DNA from: Mobula hypostoma
Lineage: Eukaryota
Length of the DNA stretch: 64,000 nt
Direction: 5' to 3'
Assembly: GCF_963921235.1 (NCBI RefSeq)
Contig: NC_086105.1
Location: 26,722,001 to 26,786,000, forward strand
Under the pieces are notes generated by a model. That model was given only the letters and a program-made list of their open reading frames with translations. It searched no databases and was not told where the DNA came from. The translations under genes were made by a program, and so were the position numbers. Shown here piece by piece: positions 37,411 through 49,203 of the stretch (position 1 is the first letter of the stretch; each line of letters begins with the position of its first letter).

Positions 37411-38569
37411 GTAGGATGAGCGTAATTAGATGCAACACACACGAAACATAGAGTGTTTCCTCATTTCCATAGATGCTGCCTGACCTGCTGAGTTCCTCTG
37501 GCATTTTGTATGTGTTGCTTTGGATTTCCACACCTTTGGTGTGGCTCAAAGGGCCAGAAGGACCTACTCCGCACTGTATCTCAATCAATCAATAAATAAA
37601 TAGAATGAAAATGCTATTGCGCACCTGAGGCCTCGCTCCTTTGCCCAACCAACCCCCCTCATTCACTCAACATCCTCAATCATTCCTTCCACTTGGGTAT
37701 CGTAAAACTCAGCAACATGAACATTGCATTCCAAATAATCCACCTTCGCAGTGTTCTCCTTCCACACATTCCCACCAGGTCACTGAGTTTTCTTCATTCT
37801 TTGATCACTTTTGCCACCCCTTCTCCAGCGGCTCATCACCTGGTCCCAAGCATCATCTACCAACTTCTGTTACACCCCTCGGTTATGCTGCTATTACCAT
37901 ATCTTCCCTATCAGTCTTAGCGCAGGGTTTAAAAACAACTGCAAATTATACATTCTTTTCTCCACAGGTGCTGCCTGACCTACTGAGTTCTCCCAGAATT
38001 TTTTTTTGCCTTCAATAATCATTTGCTCTGTTTCCCACCCGACATTTGTTTTGATCTTTTTCACAATTTCACCCGTTAGCTTCTTCCTAGTTCACCTCCT
38101 CCACCATCTTCACTCTTCATTATTTCAAAAAAAATTATTTAGAGATATAGAGCAGTAACAGACCCTTCTGGCTGAACGACCTGTTGCTCTCCAATTACAC
38201 CCATGTGATTAATTAAACTCCTAAATTACACTTCTTTGGAATTTGGGTGGAAACACCTGGAGGAACCCATTCGGTCACGGTGAGAACGTACAAGCTCTTT
38301 ACAGACAGCGGCAGAGAGTGAAGACAAGTCACTGGCACTGTAAAATGTTATGCAAACTGGTACACTACAGTGTACACACACAAAGAGTGGGAAGTCCTGG
38401 TCTTCCACTCACAACTCTTGATAGAATTTCTGCAAGAACACTTCTCTGCAGAGGACAAAGACAAATTCTTTGGATTTGGCTGATCTACATCTTTAATCTT
38501 TCATGGAGTTTTTTTTTACAGCTGTATTTTTTTAACTTTCTTAACTCCGAGTGGAGTCATCGGGATGTC

Positions 38570-38730
38570 GTCTTTTTAGCAGGCTTTCGTATTTTTACGA
38601 GGCCGAGTTGCTAGCTCGATGTTCCACCCAGCACAGATGGAAAGGAAACGTGCAAGGGAGCCGGCTAGATTCGAACTTGGGAGCCTTCGCTCCGAAGTCT
38701 GGCGCTGATGCCACTATGCCACCAGCTGGC
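38570..38730 (-). mobile_element. tRNA-derived SINE
   Basis: Minus strand GGTGGCATAGTGG (box A) ... GTTCGAATC (box B), then a non-tRNA body. Confidence 0.6.
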
Positions 38731-39879
38731 TAAAGCTCTATTACCAAGCATATAAAGAATTGTATTTCTTATTGGGGAACTCAAACCATTTTTGATTAAA
38801 TATTAGTTTGATGAGCCCAATTCAAGGAGTGAATGAAGATCTTGACCCTAAATAATTTTATTTTTATCCAGGATCAAACATGTATTCTAACTCACTAAAT
38901 ATATTTTTTTAGATTTGAGGGTGAAAATTTCTCAGTTGTCCCTGAACAAGAAAATTTTGTTTGTGTAAATATTTCTGTTTCAGGTTGCATCAAAATTTCC
39001 TGATGCAAATAGTGTCAGACAGGTCCTCAAGAACAAATGAAAGCAAACTATGAAGCAAAACTGTCTTCAAAATTTAATTTCATCCAGTTTGTTGAAATGA
39101 AGAGTTAATGGTAATTCACGTCACTGAAATGACGTTTTTCAGTGTGATGTATATGACAGTAAATTAGTGATCAAGGTACAAAGTTTACAGAGTGCTTCAC
39201 AAAAAAGAGGCACCCTCAACCTTAACTTTTCAAGGCTGTATTTCTATGTGTAACTGTGAACATGTGTGTGTGAGACTGAGGTGATCCGAGGTCAATCAAA
39301 CATTTGTAAAGCTGTCATTAATTAAAATTTTCACTTAAGTTTCCAAAATAACCAGAAAACACATAAAATGGATCATTCACAGATGTGCTTTGCTTATTTG
39401 TTTTCTTCCAGTGTTAACTACACCCATTGCCCACGAGTTGGACCCACACAGATCAAAGAATACATTTAGAACACGTGGTCTTTACTCAATTAAATAAAAG
39501 AAACAAGATCAACAATGAAAATGTTAGCTCTTGTTTCATCACCTCAAAAGCTAATTCCTGTGGTACGGCATAATGATATTGTGAAAGATAGGTTGGGTGA
39601 TGACTAACTTATAAAATAAAACCATGTCAACATGGGAGCATTGCTGATCATCCCAGACCATGACTTCTTCAGCTATTATATCAATGCATTTTCCTTCAAC
39701 GGTCTGAAGTCTGAAGTGAAGTTTCTCACTGTTGATTTCATTATGCTTAAATCCGCCTTCAGCTCCTCACATAATGGGGAATGTATATCTACACGCAACA
39801 AGACTTAGACAATGTTCTGACACAAATAGGTGTGATGAAAATATTAGTATGGCTAAGTGTTAATGCCATATTTATGTTG

Positions 39880-42790
39880 CTGCTGACACCGCTGTGTCAA
39901 AGCACATAGGATGGAGATTGAAAATCTGGCTGAATGATGTCACAACAACAACCTCTCACCCAGTATCAGCAAAACCAATGAGCTGATTATTGACTTCAGG
40001 AGGAGGAAACATGAGCCAGTCTTCATCAGGGGACTGGAGGTGGAGAGGGTCAGGAACTTTAAATTCCTCGGTGTTATCACTTCAGAGGATCTGTCCTGGG
40101 TCCACAGTGTAAGTGCCATTACAATAGACAATAGACAATAAGAGCAGGAGTAGGCCATTTGGCCCATCGAGCCAGCACCGCCATTCACTGTGATCATGGC
40201 TGATCATCCACAATCAGTATCCAGTTCCTGCCTTATCCTCATAACCTTTGATTCCACTATCTTTAAGAGCTCTATCCATCTCTTTCTTGAAAGCATCCAG
40301 AGACTTGGCCTCCACAGCTTTCTGGGGCAGAGCATTCCATATATCCACCACTCTCTGGGTGAAAAAGTTTTTCCTCAACTCCGTTCTAAATGGCCTACCC
40401 CTTATTCTTAAATTGTGGCCTCTGGTTCTGGACTCACCCATCAGCGGGAACATGCTTCCTGCTTCCAGCGTGTCCAATCCCTTAATAATCTTATATGTTT
40501 CAATAAGATCCCCTCTCAGCCTTCTAAATTTCAGAGTATACAAGCCCAGTCGCTCCAATCTTTCAACATATGACAGTCCCGCCATCCCAGGAATTAACCT
40601 CGTGAACCTACGCTGCACTCCCTCAATAGCAAGAATGTCCTTCCTCAAATTTGGAGACCAAAACTGCATGCAGTAGTCCAGGTGTGATCTCACCAGGGCC
40701 CTGTACTGCTGCAGAAGGACCTCTCTGCTCTTATACTCAATTCCCCTTGTTATGAAGGCCAGCATGCCATTAGCTTTCTTCACTGCCTGCTGTACTTGCA
40801 AGTGACTGATGTACAAGAACACCTAGATTTCATTGTACTTCCCTTTTTCCTAACTTGACTCCATTTAGATAATAATCTGCCCGCCTGTTCTTACCACCAA
40901 AGTGGATAACGTCACATTTATCCACATTAAACTGCATCTGCCATGCATCTGCCCACTCACCCAGCCTGTCCAGGTCACCCTGCATTCTCATAATATCCTC
41001 CTCACATTTCACACTGCCACCCAGCTTTGTGTCATCGGCAAATTTGCTAATGTTACTTTTAATTCCCTCATCTAAATCATTAATATATATTGTAAACAGC
41101 TGCGGTCCCAGCACTGAACCCTGCGGAACCCCACTGGTCACTGCCTGCCATTCCGAAAGGGACCCGTTAATCGCTACTCTTTGTTTTCTGTCAGCCAGCC
41201 AATTTTCAATCCATGTCAGTACTCTGCCCCCAATGCCATGTGCTCTAATTTTGCCCACTAATCTCCTATGTGGGACTTTATCAAAGGCTTTCTGAAAGTC
41301 CAGGTACACTACATCCAATGGCTCTCCCTTGTCCATTTTCATAGTTACGTCCTCAAAAAATTCCAGAAGATTAGTCAAGCACGATTTCCCCTTTGTAAAT
41401 CCATGCTGACTCAGACCGATCCTGTTACTGCTATCTAGATGTGCCGTAATTTCATCTTTTATAATTGACTCCAAGCATCTTTCCCACCACCGACATCAGG
41501 CTAACCGGTCTATAATTCCCTGTTTTCTCTCTTCCTCCCTTCTTGAAGAGAGGGACAACATTAGCCACCCTCCAATCCACAGGAGCTGATCCTGAATCTA
41601 TAGAACATTGGAAAATGATTACCAATGCATCCACGATTTCTAAAGCCACCTCCTTAAGTACCCTGGGATACAGACCACCAGGTCCCGGGGACTTACCAGC
41701 CCTCAGACCCAACAGTCTATCCAACACCATTTGCTGCCTAATATAAATTTCCTTCAGTTCGTCCATTACCCTAGGTCCTTTGGTCACTATTACATCTGTT
41801 ACTATTACAAAGAAGGCACGGCAGTGGCTCTACTTTAGACCATAAGGCCATAAGGTATAGGAGCAGAATTGGGCCATTTGGCCCTTTGAATCTGCTCCGC
41901 CATTTCATCTTGGCTGATCCATTTTTCTATATTTCCTCTGAGCCCCAATCTCCTGCCTTCTCCCCATATCACTTCATGCCCTGACCGATCTTAGAAGTTT
42001 TTAAAGATTCAGCATGTCATTTAAAACTTTCACAAACTTCTATAGATATGTTATGGAGAGTATACAGACTGGTTTCTTCATGGCCTGTTATGGAAAACAA
42101 TACCCTTGAATGGAAAAGCCTAGAAAAAGTAGTGGATACAGCCCAGTCCATCACGGATAAAGCCCTCCACACCTTTGAATACATCTACAATGAATGCTGT
42201 TGCAGCAAGACAGTATTCATCATCAAGGACCCCCACCATCCAGGTAATGCTCTCTTTTCACTGCTGCCATCAGAAAGAAGGTACAGAAGACTCAGGACCC
42301 ACGCCTAGGTTAAAGAGCAGCTATTTCTCCTCAACCAGAGGGGATAACTTCACTCAACTTTACTCACCCCAACACTAAACTGATTCTACAACCTGTGGAC
42401 TCACTTTCAAGGAGTCTACAATTCATGCTCTCCATGTGTGTTGCTTATTTATTTATCATTATTATTTTGTTCTTTTTCACTCTCTTTCTATTTGCACAGT
42501 TTGTTGTCTTTTGCATGTTTGGTCACCTGTCCTGGTTATATGTATTTTTTTATTGATTCTATTGTACTTACTGTGAATGCCCACAAGAAAATGAATCTCA
42601 TGGTGGCCCATGGTGACGTATACAATAGACAACAGACAGTAGGTGCAGGAGTAGACCATTCGGCCCTTCGAGCCAGCACCGTCATTCACTGTGATCATGG
42701 CTGATCATCCACAATCAATACCCCATTCCTGCCTTCTCCCCATATCCCTTGATATGCACTTTGTTAATAAGTTTATATTGAACTTTGAAA
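39880..42790 (+). mobile_element. Rex1/Babar-like LINE 3' part interrupted by three CR1 insertions
   Basis: Encodes *CHNNNLSPSISKTNELIIDFRR...VERVRNFKFLGV and resumes at ~41803 with ITKKARQWLY. Interrupted at ~40125-41800, ~41838-41990 and ~42622-42752. Confidence 0.75.
40125..41800 (-). mobile_element. Young 5'-truncated CR1 LINE (RT domain)
   Basis: ORFs 41452-41787, 40830-41474 (YLDFQKAFDKVPH, GVPQGSVLGP, KFADDTKL) and 40214-40822. (CTATTGT)n 3' tail; possible TSD ATTACAA. Confidence 0.95.
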
Positions 42791-43132
42791 GTTTGCCTGA
42801 TAGGTCCCTGGCAAAGGCTTTTTTTTGTAAAAAAAATTGGGAGAATCTAACTAAATAACCTTGATTCGTAATCTCACAGTCTACCTTGTTATGACTTTGT
42901 ACAGCCCCTTCTCTTTACCATAACACACTTTATTCTGACTTATGTTATTGTTTTACCTTGTATAACCCCAGTTTACTGCTGTAATGAATTGATCCTTATG
43001 AACTGTATGCAAGAACAAGTTTGTCACTGAACAATAATACATGTCACAATAATAAGACATAATAAGACTGTTGGACTCTGGAATGTGAAAGATGGCTAGA
43101 GAGGCCCACTGCACACAGTTTGCATAAATGAG

Positions 43133-43340
43133 AACATACACAAAATGCTGGTGGAAGTCAGCAGGCCAGGCAGTGACGTTCCAGACCAAGACCCATCACC
43201 AGGTCCTGATGAAGAGTCTCTGCCCAAAACCTTGACTGTTTACTCTTCTCCATAGATGCCACCTGCCCTGCTGAGCTCCTCCAGCATCTTGTTTGTGTTG
43301 CTTTGGATTTCCAGCATCTGCAGATCTTCTCGTGTTTGTT
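43133..43340. mobile_element. Older Penelope-derived fold-back element with decayed hammerheads
   Basis: Minus arm AACATACACAAAATGCTGG...ACCCATCACCAGG abuts plus arm TCCTGATGAAGAGTCTCTGCCCAAAACCTTGACTG...TTCCAGCATCTGCAG. Confidence 0.65.
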
Positions 43341-46300
43341 ACATCAGTGACACCCTGGAATAGGGGTGGGATGGATCAGGGGAAGGGATTTTAGGTGATG
43401 GTGCAAAGGTGACAGACCTGTCCCCTTGCATCAACGGTTACAATTCCCACCCCAGGAAACTGTTCAATCTTGTGCCAAACTTTTACAACCTTAATCTTGT
43501 ATTTGACATATAGTTTGATTTTATTCACACATCTGTCTCATTACTAAGACTTCCCATTTCTGCCTGTGTAAAGTCACCTGGCCTCAGCTCAATTGCTGCT
43601 GAAATCCTTGCCAGTGTCGTGTTTTCTCTACTATTACAATTTCCACCGCTTTCCTTTCTGGCCTCCAGATGTAAATTCGTGTTCATTTAATCCTCTGCCG
43701 CATTTAACTTACTCTATTTTTCCTCACCAATTACACCTGTACTTACCCCAACCTTGGCTTCTGCCAGAACAGTTTCTCAGTCTATAAGCTGCTTGATCCC
43801 CGCCGCATTCCTAATGCTCCTTCCAGGCCTCATGTTTTCAGGGTCCCTGTAGGCTCTTGGTGCATGGCAAGCTACATTCTGTAACGTGGAGAGTGCTTAC
43901 TAATTGATTTAAAAAACACTCCTAAAATGCGCTCAAGCAGAAAAAAAACCTTCGGGAAATCCATCAATAAATCATAATGAAATGAGGCTGCCGTTATCTC
44001 AAAATAGATCACTGCTGTGTGATGTTTATGCTAGTGCATAAAGCTTCCTTGCATTTGTTTTGGATTATAAACCATTGATAAAAAGAAGACAATGTCAAGG
44101 AAATGAATGCAAGCCTCTTCGTCCTCCTAAACCTAAAAGACAATCGCCGTCTAATATAGAATTAATCAACTTTCAGGAAATAAAACCAGATTTAACATCA
44201 TATTGACTGAACTGTACGTGAGGTCTTATAATATTGAAGTAAAAGGGAACCGTCTTTCTGGAAATGGAGTGGAAAGCGTGTTGAGTTATATTTGAAGACT
44301 GACATATTTTGAGAATACTCGTGTGTCGAATTTCCAAGCAAGGCGAACTATCACAACAAGGCGCATAACACTGTGAAGTGTTTAAATCAACCAGTTAATC
44401 AAAGCTAGTAAACACTAGGAAGAATCTCCATCACGTGCACGACCAGGTTTCACTGCACGCCGATAACGCGTACCTTTACCCCTTACTGCGCTTTCATCTT
44501 GTTTCAGAGCAGAATTCTGACCCAACGGTGGGGTGTTTCCACCTCTGTATCAGTAGTACTAATCTGCCCACTGGCACGACGATGTAACACCGTGGCTGCA
44601 TCTCCTGGTGCTGTTCCTGAACATGTGGGAACTCTACAGACTTGACTGAGATTCTTTGGTCATGGTAAGCGGAAGATTTGGAGACGTGCTCCACCAACTC
44701 CACAAGTAGAAAAACAATTATTTAAACGCTTCCCAAAATATAAATAGTCTTAAACCGGCTTTGAGCTTTTTTTCCCGCCTGACATCTGGTTAATTCTTGT
44801 TTTACCGACGATTTCCTGGAAATATGGCATAGTATATCTCATAATAGAGTTGTTATCTAATCTCAAAACTCTTCCAAGTGAAAAAAAAATCTCGGTTGTT
44901 TTATCAGGCTTCATTGCAAGAGCAGTATCTTGGAAACAAACAAAAACAGTGAATTATTCACACAGAGCTTATTTTCGGAATCGAGACGCGACTGACTCGG
45001 GTTCCTACGCTGCTTACTGGTCGTATTTGTTAACACGGGATGATTGGGAGCATTTTCTAAACGCCGTAAAACGTTACAAAGCCCTGGTAAGTTATTCCTT
45101 TGAATAAAGCTATATGAGCCAAGTGATGAACCTTCAGAGGGAGGTTGCCCACCGCTTGCCCATCCATTGAGATGTTCCCACAGTCAATGACCTCACTTTA
45201 ACTACTCTTTACTCATTATCTCAAGTTATCGTTATGTATTGCTATTTATTTATATTTGCACGGTTTGTTATCTTTTGCACTCGGATTGATCTTTCATTGA
45301 TCCTGTTATAGTTACAATTCTATAAATTTGCTAAGTATGATGGAAGGAATGATGAATCTCGGAGTTGTATATTGTGACATATATGTACTTTGATAACAAA
45401 ATTTACTTTGAATCTTGAACTTTATTGGCGTCGTCAGTGTGTACCTGCCACCAAGTGTCTTGTGGCATTACAGTATTGCGCTGTGCGTCTGCACAACGCC
45501 CAGGAATCCTCTTCGCCAGCCAACCGCAGTATCTTTGTGTTGATTGGGTGTTTGCCCATTCGCTGGTGTCTATATCTTGGCAAAGTATGTTTCATTCTGA
45601 TAAACCCACTTGGACATTTTAAGGTGAGCGCTCCCGCGTCACATTTTATCTCCAGGCTCCATTTGTCACCAGAGTTCCTCTGGGCTGCCTTTCCCGAGGA
45701 CTGCGAAATATCCCAGTTCCACTTGCTTCCTCGACAGCTTTTGGCATTTATTCTCTGTGAACTATCTCCTGGATCATCTAACCACCACCCCCTCCCGCCC
45801 CAGCAATAACCATGAACGTAGACACTTCAGTGTTCATCTGAGCCTCTCTGAGGCGTTCTCTATCTGGCGTGATGCCATAACAGCAACAGAGAATCACATC
45901 TGAATTATCTTCTTCTGGACCAAGTGAGGACAATTCCTTTCCACGCCGGATCCGTAGACCTTGAGTTGACTGACGGGGTCGCAGGATCTTCCACCATCGG
46001 CGTGTAAGTGCGAGTGAATAGCAAGAGTATCACTTGTACTCTGGGACTGGGGCCGATCTACAGAACGAATGGGAACCCTCTGTCCCTCCACTCTAGTCTC
46101 AAGGTCATCACAACCTTAGCAATTAGACTTCTGAAACCACTTTAAGGTGGCTCGCGTCTAGAAGCAAATGCTAAAACAGGATCTGTACGGTTGCCAACCG
46201 AGCAAGGCTCAATTGAATAGTCAGGTGACGTTACGTGGATCATGCCTAGAAGCATTTCAACTTTGCAATTCATGTGAATTTGCTTGGAAATTATCCTTGG

Positions 46301-47089
46301 CATGATCTACTTCAGGTAAAGGTGAAATTGGGTTACAAAATGAAGCTGCTCAGCTGTAAGTAAATCTGAAGTAATTGAACACAGCTGCATACAGTATATC
46401 CCTAAACCCCTAAACTCATCTATGACTCAACTATCATACCTTTGAAATCCTCCCTCCCAGGATAATGTCCTTCCTGCAGTACCATTACCTATCTTTGAAC
46501 ATCTTCTCCACAGAATCTATTACTTTCACAATGCTTATCCCGCTTTCTTCATTCCTTAGAGCTAACATCCCCTAATGTTGTTTTTCCAATAAGTCATGCT
46601 CTGGCCCAATTTCAGTCCCACTCGATATTGAGCAGCTCTTTAATTGATTTATCCTTCAAAATGTCACAAATAGAGTATTCACCATTTATTACCTAGCCAT
46701 AGACATTCTAACATCCTAAACTTACAGTGATGAATCCTGGGTAATTGTCTCCTTACCTAAAGAAAGAACACATTGCCAATGAGGATACCTGATAAGCCCA
46801 CAGCACTTCAACTTTGATATCAGCCTGTCTAGTCCTGCTGGTTCAGGAAAAGAATTTTGCCCATTGCAAGATTTACCTTTTTTCCCCAATTGGCTCACAA
46901 TCATGTTTAATCCATTCAGTAAAACTACATATTATCCGATTTAACACGTAAACCTATTCTCCGTGTGACTCTTGTTTTAGATTGTTTGTAAGATCACACA
47001 TAATTACTCTACAGACATGAGATTATAATGTAATGAAATTCCAGACTATGGTTTGAATGACAGCAAAACTGATTGTATATCAAGCTGTA

Positions 47090-47900
47090 GTAAATCAAGG
47101 CAACTGGACTTGCTCTGTTGTCTAGAAAACATGTCACTACTCATCCGACAGGCTTCTACAGATTGAATCCATAGTGGATAGTTTTCCGGTTTATAAACTC
47201 AGTGAGTTGTTTAAAGATGTAGCAATCACGTGAAGGTCGTTAAGAGCCGTAGAGGTAATGAGAGGGTCATTAGCCTTACCTTTGCATGAACGGAGGTGTG
47301 AACTGTTATGGAAACGCATTGGGAGTAGCTGATAGGCGGTGTCATACCCCACCCCTTCGGTTCAGAGATGGGTTTTCCATTTTGACAAGGATGGCTTCTT
47401 TAGGCTTCTTTCAAATCAGTTGTCCTCCCCGTCCAAAATGTACACAATGTTATCATCAAAGGAGTGTCCCTTGTCCTTTAGGTGTAGATGTACAGCCAAA
47501 TCTTGACCAGAGATGTTAACCCTCCTATGTTGGGCCGTCTGTTTGTGAAGTGGTTGTTTTGTCTTGCTGATATACAGACCTGTGCGGTTCCCATTGCATT
47601 GGACAGCACACACAATATTGCTCTGTTCAAGCTTGGGTGGACAAGATTCTGTCTGAGTGTGTTTGTAGGTTTAAAAACCACAGGGATTTGGTGTTTGTTG
47701 AAAATTCCTCTGAGTTTCTCTGAAACTCCAGCTACATATGGGATGACTATGTTCCGTCTGCTTTGCTCCTTACCTCTGTGGATTAGAACTGAAGAAGCCT
47801 CTCTGATGAGTGATGAAATGTCTTCTAGACATCACAGCAAATCCAGTTGCCTTGATGTGCTACTCTTGATATACAATGACCTGGATGACTGAGAACCTTC
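47090..47900 (-). mobile_element. Penelope (Poseidon-like) element remnant with GIY-YIG fragment and inverted terminal segments
   Basis: Minus-strand VFKPTNTLRQNLVHP...AVQC...LYISKTKQPLHK...AVHLHLKDKGHSF...KEAILVKMENPSLNR. Inverted arms at ~47095-47162 and ~47785-47857. Confidence 0.85.
47784..47827 (+). ncRNA. Minimal type-I hammerhead ribozyme motif (family 3)
   Basis: UAGAA CUGAAGA AGCCUCUCUGAUGAGUGAU GAAA UG UC UUCUA. Helix I UAGAA/UUCUA is perfect; helix II is partly decayed. Confidence 0.65.
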
Positions 47901-47929
47901 ATAGACATATCTGCTTGTTTTTGTTCTTG

Positions 47930-48200
47930 GGTGGCACAATAGCGTAGTGGTTACAACACTTTAACAGTACAGGTGGTGTGGGTTCAATTCCAGCCACCGC
48001 CTGTAAGGAGTTTGTATGTTCTTCCTGTGACCGCATGGGTTTCCTCCAGGTGCTCTGGTTTCCTCCCACAGTCCAAATATTAGTCATTGTAAATTGTCCC
48101 GTGATTAGGCTAGGATTAAACTGGGGGACTGCTGGGTGCCTTGGGTCTAAGTGCCAGAAGGACCTATTCCAGGCTGTATCCCAATTTTTAAAAAATATAA
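47930..48200 (+). mobile_element. tRNA-derived SINE (V-SINE-like)
   Basis: TAGCGTAGTGG box A and GGTTCAATTCC box B; core GGAGTTTGTATGTTCT...GGGTTTCCTCC...GGTTTCCTCCCACAGTCCAAA. Confidence 0.75.
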
Positions 48201-48266
48201 CACTATTGGTGGCACTGGTTATTTCCAATCATATAGTAAGTATCAAAGTGGTCTTTAAATACTAAG

Positions 48267-49203
48267 CAACACACATAAAAGTTGCTGGTTAATGCAGCAG
48301 GCCAGGCAGCATCTCTAGGAAGAGGTGCAGTCGACGTTTCAGGCCGAGACCCTTCGTCAGGACTAACTGAAGGAAGAGTGAGTAAGGGATTTGAAAGTTG
48401 GAGGGGGAGGGGGAGATCCAAAATGATAGGAAAAGACAGGAGGGGGAGGGATGGAGCCGAGAGCTGGACAGGTGATAGGCAAAAGGGATATGAGAGGATC
48501 ATGGGACAGGAGGTCCGGGAAGAAAGACAAGGGGGGGGACCCAGAGGATGGGCAAAGGGTATATTCAGAGGGACAGAGGGAGAAAAAGGAGAGTGAGAGA
48601 AAGAATGTGTGTATAAAAATAAGTAACAGATGGGGTACGAGGGGGAGGTGGGGCATTAGCGGAAGTTAGAGAAGTCGATGTTCATGCCATCAGGTTGGAG
48701 GCTACCCAGACGGAATATAAGGTGTTGTTCCTCCAACCTGAGTGTGGCTTCATCTTTACAGTAGAGGAGGCCATGGATAGACATGTCAGAATGGGAATGG
48801 GATGTGGAATTAAAATGTGTGGCCACTGGGAGATCCTGCTTTCTCTGGCGGACAGAGCGTAGATGTTCAGAAAAGCGGTCTCCCAGTCTGCATCGGGTCT
48901 CGCCAATATATAAAAGGCCACATCGGGAGCACCAGACGCAGTATATCACCCCAGCCGACTCACAGGTGAAGTGTTGCCATCCCTCTCCCTCCTGTCTTCT
49001 CCTATCATTTTGGATCTCCCCCTCCCCCTCCAACTTTCAAATCCCTTACTCACTCTTCCTTCAGTTAGTCCTGACGAAGGGTCTCGGCCTGAAACGTCGA
49101 CTGCACCTCTTCCTAGAGATGCTGCCTGGCCTGCTGTGTTAACCAGCAACTTTTATGTGTGTTGCTTGAATTTCCAGCATCTGCAGAAATCCTGTTGTTT
49201 GCG
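48267..49203 (-). mobile_element. Young Penelope-like element: GIY-YIG C-terminal segment between ~190-bp inverted terminal repeats; 13-bp TSD
   Basis: ORF 48656-49033 has VIYCVWCSRCGLLYIGET...RFSEH...VATHFN...EQHLIFRLGSLQPDGMN. Arms 48264-48454 and 48977-49167. TSD TTTAAATACTAAG at 48254-48266 and 49204-49216. Confidence 0.92.
49066..49103 (+). ncRNA. Minimal type-I hammerhead ribozyme motif (family 1, best-preserved copy)
   Basis: UAGUC CUGACGA AGGGUCUCGGCCU GAAA CG UC GACUG; predicted cleavage after C49098. An identical copy lies on the minus strand at 48328-48365. Confidence 0.8.

Noticed and set aside
38640-48000. tRNA genes at ~38.7 kb and ~47.95 kb
   Set aside because: Box A/B are present but there is no complete cloverleaf, and SINE bodies follow.
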